Origin: Blepharisma stoltei ATCC 30299
Taxonomy: Eukaryota > Protista > Ciliophora
DNA length: 64,000 bases
NCBI GenBank assembly: GCA_965603825.1
Contig: CBFDEM010000055.1
Coordinates: forward strand, 1 to 64,000
Reading direction: 5' to 3'
Shown here: piece by piece, positions 12,507-23,663 of the stretch
How positions within the stretch are numbered: position 1 is the first letter of the stretch
Layout: the number at the start of each line of letters is the position of its first letter
Program-made: the position numbers and the translations under genes
The notes under the pieces: model-generated
What the model was told of the DNA's origin: nothing
The model's database searches: none
What the model saw: only the letters and a program-made list of their open reading frames with translations

Positions 12507-13629
12507 TTATTTATGAGAGATCACGTAAAAAGCTAGATATGCATGTGACATGTCAATAGATTGTAAGCTAGCATTTCTTGTTATGAGATCATTATATTCA
12601 GTCCAATTATTCGTATCCCATGTATATGCTATAAAATGTCTTCTATAATCGCATATTAAGCCATACAGCTTGTAAGTATAATATTCTGTATGTGTTCACG
12701 AATGCTTGCAGGTCATTTATATTCTGTTTTAATTAACTATAGATCAACGACCATGAATAATAGGTAGCAATTATTTTCTCGCGATTTTTCCCTGAAGACT
12801 ATTCTTGGGAACTATTTGGCTCAGTAAAAAGCTTTTTATCGAATAATGTCTAATAAGAAAAATCTTAGCCAAATGTCGCAGATGGAGAGTTAGAAAGAGA
12901 AAATGTCGTGGAGGAAAAGACATACAGCCAAATAAAAGTAATCTTATTGAATAAAATAGCTATAATCCCTTCAATATTTAATTCTTCATTAATCTCTATT
13001 CTTCTATTATTATGAGATGGGAAATAAAAGGAAATTGTAGATGGCCAATCAATACCCTCAGTCTCAATAGTAATATCTCTAGGTTGATCGCACCTTTCAC
13101 AATATAATTTATTATCGCCATAGAAAATTTTTGGCTCTCTAAGATTTTCTAAAGTATCTTGTATCGAATTGCAGTTATTCCTTGGGACTACAATAGATTC
13201 TGATATTTCATTGCATTTTGTAATGCTCGAACAAGCATGGCAGATAAAATGGTTTTCAAAAGTTATTGAAAATGAAGTATCATTACATAAATCTGATAAC
13301 TTACCCATAATAACTGCCATCACTTCTTTAGGGTCGTTAAAATTGGGAATACTAAACTATGTAAACATTACCATTGGGAATTCTGCGTTAACCTGGTTTA
13401 TAAATAATCTCACAAGTTGCTTTATATTGCCAGACCCAGGATTTCTAATACTAGATAATAGTGATGATAGAGTAGACAATAATCTATTTTCCGTATGCTG
13501 AATTTTCTCACAAAATTCATTATTGCTTGCAAGAATTTGCAAAAATGAATTAAGATAGCATGTATTTTCTATGTTTGGAATCCCTGATTTTATTCTATCA
13601 TATATCAGCGAACGATTTATAGATATCAT
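12507..13629 (-). CDS. Minimal USP (peptidase C19) deubiquitinase, 273 aa, with a 15-nt intron (13357-13371) and a 286-bp insert (12677-12962)
   Basis: Cys box GIPNIENTCYLNSFLQIL and zinc-finger pairs CHAC/CERC. The His-box segment YKLYGLICDYRRHFIAY...WTEYND...AYLAFY lies at 12507-12676 and is missed by the ORF track. Removing intron and insert leaves 822 nt in frame. Confidence 0.85.
12677..12964. mobile_element. 286-bp TA-bounded IES-like insert
   Basis: TA at 12677-12678 and 12963-12964. Inward-reading ends are TATAATATTCT and TATAGCTATTT. Excision leaving one TA gives ELNIEG-ITYKLYG in frame. Confidence 0.75.
13357..13371 (-). other. 15-nt spliceosomal intron (USP)
   Basis: GTAATGTTTACATAG; splicing removes an in-frame TAG. 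Confidence 0.9.
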
Positions 13630-14275
13630 TATAATTTTTATAGATTTGAGTTTTATTTCATGAATCTATAAATCGCTAAAGTTAAAATATGGCAGATCTC
13701 TATGTTTAAATTTAGAAACCTTTTGAAACTAATATCTTGTGAGAAAAATCAATACCACTTGCAATTTTACTAGTAAAGCTAAATTTTCCTATGAAATAGA
13801 TTCAATAAATTATTTCACAAAATCCAATTATTAATTTTAAACATAATTAAGCTTAAGATGTTCTCTTTATCTCTATGAAAGCATGAATAACGCAGTTATT
13901 AGCCAATCCCAATTGCTCTAAAATAGAAGTTTCTTAAGCATTCATACTCAAAAACTTGCCCGAAAACTGCAATTAATCCGTAGCAAGCTATGGACTTATA
14001 CAAGTCACTAATGATACAAATTAAGAAGCGTTAATCACGGCCTTACCCGCCCGAATAAATAAAACTTTTGTTGACATCAAAGAGGTTAAAAACAAAAAAT
14101 TCTCTCACAAAAATCGACGAGGAGATAAAACGACGAGAATTAGCTGAAAATAAATAAAAGCAAAGCAGAAAACCTCTTATTGATGAAATAAATTGATGAT
14201 TTTCATAATTTGAATAATTATAATATCAATGTATTATAGCATATTAAAAAAATTGATTTCATATTTAAAATGTCA

Positions 14276-17200
14276 TTAATCTTCATCAAAAACAATATCT
14301 TTATCATGCTTCGGTACCACAAAATAACTGTTCAGCGATCTCCCTGTCGGCTCATATTTTACCACTTTATTGAAATCATAATCAAACCTCCCAGGTGCCT
14401 GTCCTTCAATAATTGCCTTAGCTATTTCACTTACATTAATTTTCCCAGCAAACCCATTGCTTTCCATTTTGTTCGCGATATCATTATCTGGCCCATAAAT
14501 ATCATATCTCACTATATTTGTCCCCGTAATCCCAGCTATAACTTCTCCCGTATGAATCCCAATTCTCATATTTAAATTTATTTTTTTGCTTTTATTTACC
14601 CTTTTGATAGCTTTTATCATATCCAAAGCCATTTCTAGGACATTAAGACACTCTGAAGGTGGGTCTCTATTTTCTCCATCTGTAAAGCCTAAGATTACAT
14701 AGCAGTCTCCTATTGTATGAACTTTATATACATTGTGTCGGACACAGAGGTGGTCAAAAATAGAAAAAAGCTTAGAAAGCATAGAGACTACGTCGATTGG
14801 GTCTTTATCAGAAGACCACATTGTAAATCCTACAATATCAGCATAAAGAATGGTAACATCATAATACCTATCAGTAGTTGTGACATCGTTGTGTAGGTTT
14901 CTTAAAACTTGAGGAGGGATCATTTGATTTAAGAGCTTTTCTGTGTTCTTTATTTCTCTTTGAGCACGCTTGTTTAGATTATAAGCTTTTCTTGATTGTC
15001 ATTCTGTTATAAAGCTAATTATAGCGTTAATAGCAAAAAATGCTAAAATAAGCAAAGTTGACTGGACAGCCATAAATTCATCCACATTGCTCATAGACAC
15101 AATACAAATCCAATGCCCTGCATTAATAACAGTTGCAAACAAAATATACCCAAATGGCAGCCCACTAATATGGTTAATCACTAAATTTGTATACATAATC
15201 TCCAACGCCACCACATTTATAAAATAGCTCGGCATTGTTGCAATGGAAACTGCACTCAGCAAGCTCTCAATTATATAAAGCAACATAACAGCCCATGGAA
15301 ATAATGAAGATTTATAAACGTTTTTAAATACCGAAACCAAATAAAACATAGTCGCCAAACATGCAAATCTCAGAACAATTTCTGGGATAGACCCTTGGTT
15401 CCTATCAAGAATAAAAGCTGTAATAAAAATAATGGTCCGAATGGTATATGTGGTAATAGTCAGTCACAGCCCATAAATTAGTCCTTTTAGGTCTCTTTCA
15501 ATGCCAGACAGTCTGAAATCTTTTTGGATATCAGTTTCTTTAAAGCTGCAAACTAGCCATTCTACAGGCCCGACAAGCTCTAAATCACTGTCTTCTTGTG
15601 AGGTTAAATCAGCAAGCTCGAATTTTTGGGCTGCTTTTGTGGTCTCATCTTCTATAGTGATTTGTTGGGTTTGCATTCTTTTGTCCTCAGCCATTAATGG
15701 CTCTATACTTTTGTCGATAGCGTCTATGGAGTCTTCACCGTTCCATTTGCTACTGCTTCCTCCTAAATATACAGCCCGCCTTGTTTTCCGTCTAGCTTTT
15801 TGATTGTCTACTATAAAAGTGTTTAAAAGCCCTTTGCCTTTGGCTTCAACTTTATTAGGAATAAAATTATATTTGGTGTGGTCTCTGATAAAATTATAAG
15901 TTTCTGATGAAATTTGTATGGAATCGGGGGTTTTTAAGGTAGAGCACATTCTTGAGGCGGTATTTACAGTGTCTCCGACTAAGGAAAACTGAGGTTTATG
16001 CTCTCCTACGACTCCAGCAATAACTGAGCCAGTGTTTATTCCGATTTTCACTTGCAGTTTGTGCCCATTTTTAAGTGAAACTGGTTCAAGTTTTTGTAAA
16101 ATTTTGATAGCAGCTTCTAAGCACCTTTCAGCATGATTAAGTTTCAGCTGTTTTGTAGAGAGACTAGCTTCACTATCAGCTAAGCCTCCACAGATCACAT
16201 AAGTTTTATTAACAGTTTCTATTTTGGTAACACCTAATTTTTCGCATAGCCCATCCAGCATAACAAAAAATTTGTCAAGAAGTTCTAATAGCTCATTAGG
16301 TGATAATGATGAACAAATTTTATCAAAATCATATATATCACAAAATACCACAGTGACGCTGCTTTGTTTTTCAGCAATATATCTCACTCCTTCTTTTACT
16401 CTATCTTTTACAAAATTTGGCAATAAATTACTCAAGATGTCTTGGCCTTTTTGGAATTGAAATTCCAGCTTTCGCTGAAACACAAATTCTTCACGGGCAA
16501 ACTTTTCTAGTAAATACCCTACATATGTACTGACTAAAAAAATCCCTATAGAAAGCACTGCATAATTAAATAAAATAATCAAAGCATCCCTGACGTCTTC
16601 ATCTAAGGAATACATAATAGCCATATACACCAAATAAGCAAATAAGAAAATTGCATTTATGATACAAATTTTGTAGTTCCCCACGTTGAATATAAAGAAA
16701 TTTAAGGTTATAACCAGAGCTGTGCTTAATGAGGAATCATAATGATAGAAAACTTCATGGACAAACTTAAACAGCAGATAAGATGCTACAAATGCAAGGA
16801 TTCATACATCAAATTGCCTTATAAACGATTTTCTAGTGGAAAACCATAAAATAAAAAAGCATAGGCATAGTAAAACACTGTAAGAGACGACAACTCCAAT
16901 ATTCCCTGTATTTGAGATAATTACATACAATTCGAAGGCAATACCTAATATAATGATAAGTCTTGCGAGAGCTGTCATAAATTTTGTGATTCTTTGAATT
17001 ATATGAGTTTTGTAGGTTTTTTCGACGTAGGGGTGCTTGAATTGGAGGAAAATGTTGTGGAAGGCATAGTAGTCGTGGTCTTCGTCTTCATTAGCACCCA
17101 TATCGACATTTTTGGGGATGAAAACTTTGTTGAGACAGTCTGCATATTCTTTGACCCTCATAAGGACGAGCTTAGTTCTGTTTTTGGACCTCATTTGGTA

Positions 17201-20200
17201 TCTTTTACTGGGGGCAACTTTGGAATTTTTCACTATTAAAGAATCAGCCTTGGTGGGGTACCACAACATTCCTATATACTTAACAGTAATATAATGAATG
17301 GCGTTAATAACTGGAACCATCATCATACTCACAATATAATACGGAAAATAAAATGTCTTTGTTGAAATTCCCCACATAATATAATTTCCATACCCACTAT
17401 AATCATACCAAAAAATCAGTGGATAAAACAATAGGATGCTCACCCCAGAAGTCCAAAAAAACAGTCAAGTCCAATCATAAGATTCCACTGTAATTACATA
17501 ATTGACCGTTTTTATAGCTATTGCAAATGCTACAACTCCTGTAATATCTAAAGACTGTGGAAACCCATCAACAGTAATCGCATTTACAACAGCCCCATAC
17601 ATGAACCCAAATAGTATTCCACTATGTACAACAGCGAACATAGACCACCTTATAAATCACCGAAGATTGAATTTTCGCTTATAAATGCCATCTGTATAGA
17701 GGACTGGGCGATTTATTATTACTTCTTTACTAAGATCTCTGTCAAGACTGCCTACAATTACGATAGGAAGAGAAGTGAAAACGACGTTGTAGAGAGTCAT
17801 AAGGAAGGAGTCATAAAAGGAGGTGCCGCTGAAGAGATTTATAAAGCTGAAGTAGAAGTTGGGGAGAACTAGCATAAAATTTTTGTAAAATGAGTATAAG
17901 ATAACCTTGGAAACTCTGTTATAGTTTCATCTGCCGTGAATAAGTAGCAAGGGGACTAAATAAGCAAATCTTGCGATTACATACTCGCTAGCATTTGCAG
18001 CCTGCATACCTTCTTTGCCACAGATCCCAACACCTATATGAGCTTCTTGGATCATAGAAACGTCATTAGCCCCATCTCCTATAGCAAGAGTCATAGGCTT
18101 AAATGCTAATCTTTTTTTGACTATTTTTACAAGCTCTGATTTCTGTAATGGGGTAACTCGGCACAAAATGACTGCATGGCATAAGCTAGCAAGCATCATA
18201 AAGTATTTTACAGTAATGGGGTCATTAATTATAAACCCCAAAGCTCGGCCGTCAACTACTAAGCCTATGTTCAGGCTTTCTAAATTTTTTACCTTTAAGT
18301 CCCCTTCAAACATCTCTCCATCATCAGGAATTACTTGATACCTTGTGTTTTTCCTTGTATGATTGTGGTTGATGGTATTTCCAGGTGTATTATCAGTGAC
18401 ACACCTTATTTTATTAAGTACGCTGTTATGACGGTTTTTCTCACCTTTTACATATCTTGCTAAATGTGCCTTAATAAGCCCTCTTGATTCCTCTAAGGTA
18501 TTTGCAGCAATTTTAATAATATCCATATCAGGCTGCAATAATTTGCATGAATAGCCTATATTTACAGCTGTTTCTGTCCTATCTCCTGTTAACACCCATA
18601 CTTTGATTCCTCCCTCCATAAGTGTTTCTATAGCTTCTGGGACTCCTTCTTGAATTTTATCTTCAACAGCCGCAGCCCCTATCAAATCCATATCTTTTTC
18701 AAACTCTTCAGCAAGCTCATAAAGCCTTGCTGCCTTATCAGAAAGGGCATTTTTAGCTGTATTATATCGGATTTGATAGTCATTGGCTTGCTCCATCGTT
18801 AGTTCACGGCGTCCTAATACAAAAGTCCTAAGACCAGATAAAGAAAATTCATCAAGATGCTTATTAATAGTAATAATGTCTTGAGAAGACCCTAAGCAGC
18901 GCTCAAGCATGACACTATCCGCACCTTTACAAAGCAAAATCACGTTTCTATTCCTTTCACTCATAGGCTCTACTACAATTGACATACGTTTTCGTTCTGA
19001 ACTAAATTCATTTATCCCTAAAATCCTGTATTCTAAGGTTTCTCCATTGATTCTTAAAGAAATTGAGCTGTCTTTGTAGCCTATTAAAGAATAACCAAAA
19101 CAATGTGCAGCTATTACTAATGCCTCTTCATCAGGAGAAGCAGCCTGATATATTGGCTCCCCATCAAAATCAAAATCTGGGGTAACCGTATTACAGAGCG
19201 CTAAAAGTTCAAAGAAATCTCCAATTTCTTTTTTCCCTTTGGTTTGCATATCTTCTAACAAATCTGGGTCCCAAAATTCAAATTTTTTGTGAGGATTTAC
19301 TTGACATTTTTGAAATCTTTCGTTTTCTTGGTTAAATCCATAAGATTTTCCTTTAATAGAGCACATTTTAAATTCCATAACATTTTCTGTCAAAGTCCCA
19401 GTTTTATCAGTAAAAATATACTCGATTTGTCCTAAATCCTCATTTAAATCCCCAGTTTTTACTGAAGCAGGCATATCTGTTTCATCATAATACATCGAAT
19501 TATCTCACTGGATAAGCTTTGATTGGACTGCTTTTACAATATCAAGAGTAATATATAAAGAAATAGGAATCAAGCTATTATAAAGAATCAAAAAAGTAAT
19601 AAATGATATTGGTGATAATTCATATGTAGACCCTGAAAAGTAGCTGAATTGGTCTGAGTTTGAATATGACTGGGTCATATAAATTGCGGTGTCGAGGAAT
19701 GCAATTGCAAAGAGAAAAGTGAAAATTATTGTAAGATAACTGTTTATTTTTTTCTCAAGGTTGCTCACTTTATGAGGAGGATGCTTTGAGTTTTTCATTA
19801 ATTTTGTGTCATTTCCAGTAAAAACGACCAAACCAATTATTCATGGAGTGTTTTTTAGTGTGCTGCTTTGCAAAATCATATTTCCTAAATATACAGGAGT
19901 TGCTCGGGGATAGCCTTTTAGCTTAAGCCACCCTTCAAAAGAGTGCAGCCTATTATTTGGCTGTTCAGTTTTTAAAACCCCATCTTCAATTATATGCATA
20001 TTTTTCATAGCCTCAATCGGTGTGGTTCCTTCCATTACGCTCGAAATTTCATTCAAGCATTTTTTAAGTTTCAAACTTTCTTCTCCATCCAGACTTGTCG
20101 TTTCTACATAACATACTTTTTCTCTATGCCCTGAAGCCAATAACATTATATCAGCAGGGACATGGACTTCTCCTTCCAGCAGCACAATATTCCCCACTCT

Positions 20201-20605
20201 CAAATCCATTCATTTCACATCCTCAAATTTCCCAGTTGTGTGCTCCCATTTCTTAGTAATTCTATTATTGATTTTCCTATCCATTGCGTGTCTTCGGTAA
20301 TCCAAATACCCATCTTTGAATAGTGAGACGGATAAGATAAAAGAAAGAGGCGCAATTGTAGCCCAATTTGCAGTAGGAGATAAATTAAAGGGTAAAAGCT
20401 GGCAAATTGAGACTATTAAAAATCAAATATTCGCGACTCTGTTGAACTGCTCGAATAAGTTTTTTGGGACTCAGGACAAAATTGTGTATTTTCCTGATGA
20501 AATAAAATTGTTGGGGAATGCTGTGGGCTCACAAGCTAGGCCGCTTTCGATTTTTATTTGTCGGAATTCTGCAGAGGAACTGTCAATAAATGCTGCATCT
20601 GCCAT
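14276..20605 (-). CDS. P4-ATPase (flippase)-guanylyl cyclase fusion, alveolate type, 2109 aa
   Basis: One frame of 6330 nt with at least 10 TGA=W codons. ATPase motifs: NFISSGKYT, LDGE, DKTGTLTEN, SPDEEALV, KGADS, TGD, GDGANDVSMI. Two TM blocks plus two class III cyclase domains: KIETV...QFSLVGDTVNTASRM and ADIVGFT...HTIGDCY...RYDIYG. Confidence 0.95.
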
Positions 20606-21006
20606 CTATTTTCAATTTTATTTTTATGAGGGAATTTAATTTGTTATAGAGTTATATATAAAGGATTTTTTGGTAAATGCAAGGGGTTTGGAAGGGAATG
20701 ATAATTAATTGAAGAATTTATTATAAAAACTTGGAAAATATCACTTATTTATTCATTATATATTTAAAAAAAATATATAAAAAAGAAAATTATTTAATTA
20801 GGATTATTATGGAGAAAAACGCTATATAAAATATAGGTATATAAATATAAATTTGCTTTGGAAAAATCAGAAAAAGTGTACAAGAATATCATGATTTTTA
20901 ATTTTTGTTATATCAAATTTATTTTTGAAACTCTGATATATAACTCTTGAAAAACTAATATGGCCCTTCACTATTGAAATAGGCTTTTATGATTATTAAT
21001 AAGAAT

Positions 21007-21825
21007 TTATGCACTTTTATAAATTTCATACGATTTTGCATCTAAATAAAAATTACAATTTCTAATATCAATATTCCTTCTTTCTTTGCCAAACGATTCT
21101 ACTAAAGTTTTTCTTTTATAATCTTTGAAGTCAGAATCATAGCTTCCTGGGCCAGGCGACAAGTTATATTCTACCTTAAAATTACTTTCATATGCATCCC
21201 TTCCAACCTTTGAAAAAATCCCTCCTCTTTGCTTAGGTTTTGCACTAACTTTATACTCAGCTGGGCCTGGTGTATCAGTTAGCTGCATAAAGGACTCAAA
21301 TCTTCCTTTCAGCACCTTTTCTGGCTTTTTAAAAGCAAATCCTGAAGAGTTCGGGAAATATTTTGGGTTATATGAACCTGGCGGAGGAGCTTCATTATTA
21401 TTGGGTTTATCTCTTGTTGCCTTGGGAAACGCTATACTTGTAGATAAACTATGAGGATAGTTATAAATAGGTCCAGGAGACCTGTCCATTAAGATGTTTA
21501 AAAAGTCAAATTTTCTTTTAGATTTCGGAAACTTCGTCGATCCTTCTGATTTAGCGACTGATTTTATGTCAGGAAAATAAGCGCTTGATCCAGGCGATTG
21601 GCTGCCTTTTAATTGCTTTGTCAGTTGTCTGCCATAGTACAATTTATCAGTAGATTTTGCCTTGGAAAAAGTTATTTGTGGTGAATTATGATAACGGACG
21701 GACTCTTTTCCGAATAAATTAGGAATTTCGTAGCTGCCAGGGCCAGCTTCAGTGTCTAGTGGAAAGTCGTCATCAAGAAGAATTTGTGAGGAGCTGCGTT
21801 CTTTTTTGGATGTATTGGATTTCAT
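21007..21825 (-). CDS. SHIPPO/PGP-repeat (ODF3-like) axonemal protein; probable intron at 21042-21056
   Basis: Repeated PGPGSY, SPGSSAY, SPGPIY, PPPGSY and TPGPAEY motifs. Confidence 0.85.
   Translation of the reverse strand: MKSNTSKKERSSSQILLDDDFPLDTEAGPGSYEIPNLFGKESVRYHNSPQITFSKAKSTDKLYYGRQLTKQLKGSQSPGSSAYFPDIKSVAKSEGSTKFPKSKRKFDFLNILMDRSPGPIYNYPHSLSTSIAFPKATRDKPNNNEAPPPGSYNPKYFPNSSGFAFKKPEKVLKGRFESFMQLTDTPGPAEYKVSAKPKQRGGIFSKVGRDAYESNFKVEYNLSPGPGSYDSDFKDYKRKTLVESFGKERRNIDIRNCNFYLDAKSYEIYKSA
21042..21056 (-). other. Probable 15-nt intron (no in-frame stop)
   Basis: GTAATTTTTATTTAG matches the window's intron consensus. Confidence 0.65.
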
Positions 21826-22251
21826 AAGGTGAATATTTTATTTATTAATATGGATTTTACGATTATTATTCAGGAGTTTCATATACTGTAATGTAATTGG
21901 GAATTAACGATTTTCTGGCAATTTAAATTGGTGAAAAATATTTTAATTAAGATTTAAGTATTGTAGCTTAAGTTGGAGATTTTTATTATAAATAATGAAT
22001 CAAATTCTTATGAATTGCAATTTTAATGCAATTTAACTTAAAATTTATAAGCAAAAATAATAAACCAATTGATTATCATTAATCTTAATTTAAAATCGTA
22101 ATTATTTATATTAAAAACTATAAGCAGTTCAAAAGTATTATTGATTATCATATTTTATGATTTTCAGGCTTACTATTCTTGCAAATTTCTCTATTATTTA
22201 TTCTGTTTTTTTATTGCTTGCAAGTACGCCATTTCGTTAAAATAATTTTAA

Positions 22252-22989
22252 ATGGAGAGATACCTTAACCCACAGCATCGGAACACTTCTTCTGATCGAA
22301 AGCCAAAATTCCTCCCAAAACCTCCACAAACAGAAGAAACAAAAAAACACTGTGAGCAGCACGCAAACCAAATGCACATAGGAGTCCTTAAATCTTTCAA
22401 CGATTCCGACAAATTAAAAAAGCTTACAACAGAGCTTCAAGAACATAGAGAAAAAGAATTAAAATACTTAAAAATCATTAATGAGCTAAAGCATATAGTT
22501 TCCAGACAAAATGAGCAGCTGACCAAGCTTACAAAAGAAAATGATAAATATCGCAGAAAGTTAGAATCCTCTCGAAGAGAAGAACTTGAGCTGCAAATGG
22601 CTATGAGACTATCAGCCATGGAAGGAATTGACCCAGAAGTGGCTCAGTCTGCCCTTATGAGTGGGGAAAATTTATTTGGGCTTGGAATGCAGCAGGCTAT
22701 GTGAAGCTATCAAGACCCTACAGATCCTGATAATATGACTTATGAGCAGCTGCTAGAATTAGGGGAACAGATAGGAACTGTCAATGTGGGGTTGAGTAAT
22801 GAAGAAATTGAGGGAATTAAAGTTGTAGAAAATGCGAATGGGTGCTGCTCGATTTGCCAAAATGATTTTATTAGAGAAGATGTGAAAGAATTGAGGTGTG
22901 GGCATCAATATCATATTGAATGTATTTCAAAGTGGCTGATAAAGAAAAAGAAATGCCCTATGTGTTTTGAAAATGCTATAGAAGAATAA
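22252..22989 (+). CDS. RING-H2 E3 ligase with coiled coil and UIM-like motif, 245 aa
   Basis: Two track ORFs are joined by TGA=W at 22702. Motifs: EELELQMAMRLS, DPDNMTYEQLLELGEQIG, CSIC...CGHQYHIECISKWL...CPMC. Confidence 0.92.
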
Positions 22990-23663
22990 TTTAAATTTTT
23001 CTTAAGAATTTTGAGATTTTATATTTAGGGCATTGGGTTTATTGAAAAATTAAGTTTAATAGGAAAATAATAAAAATATCAAAAAATATATATTAAATCA
23101 ATTTAGTTAAATAAGCCTGTACGATTGCAAGATAAGTTTTGGTAAAATTTGCTTATATTAAAATAAAATAGCCTAATGATAATAATTTAATTAAGTAGGA
23201 AAAATCATTAAAACATTTAAGTAATTAATAAATTTTTATATATTTCATTTAACCATGAAAACTAAATGTATCTCGTACCCTCTCAGCATTTACCTTTCCA
23301 TTATTGCTATTCAGAAATTATAATAAAGGAATATTGGAAAAATATTTGCCATAAATGGCAATACAATTACACATATTAAAAATTCAAATGATTAAGTCAA
23401 TTAATCTTTCATAAAATTCAATTAATTTATTGATTAAAACGCCAAAGATTTTTATTGCAAAATTCACTATTTCTCTTTAATTATCCTAACCTTAATCTTA
23501 GCCTTAATCCATTTTAATTGGCTAATTGCTAGATTTATAAATCCCTTCTATTTTAGCAAAATCTTTATAAAAATTTCTTCTAAGTTTTCCTCATAAAGTA
23601 TTTAAATTATTAACTTTGGTGAAATAGTTATTTTATTAAGGGGATTTATTACAATAAAGATCA

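Noticed and set aside
12686-12925. USP insert as a long spliceosomal intron (GTATGT ... CATACAG on the minus strand)
   Set aside because: Donor and acceptor phases are incompatible with the His-box frame, extra non-homologous residues would remain, and every other intron here is 15 nt. TA-to-TA excision fits exactly.
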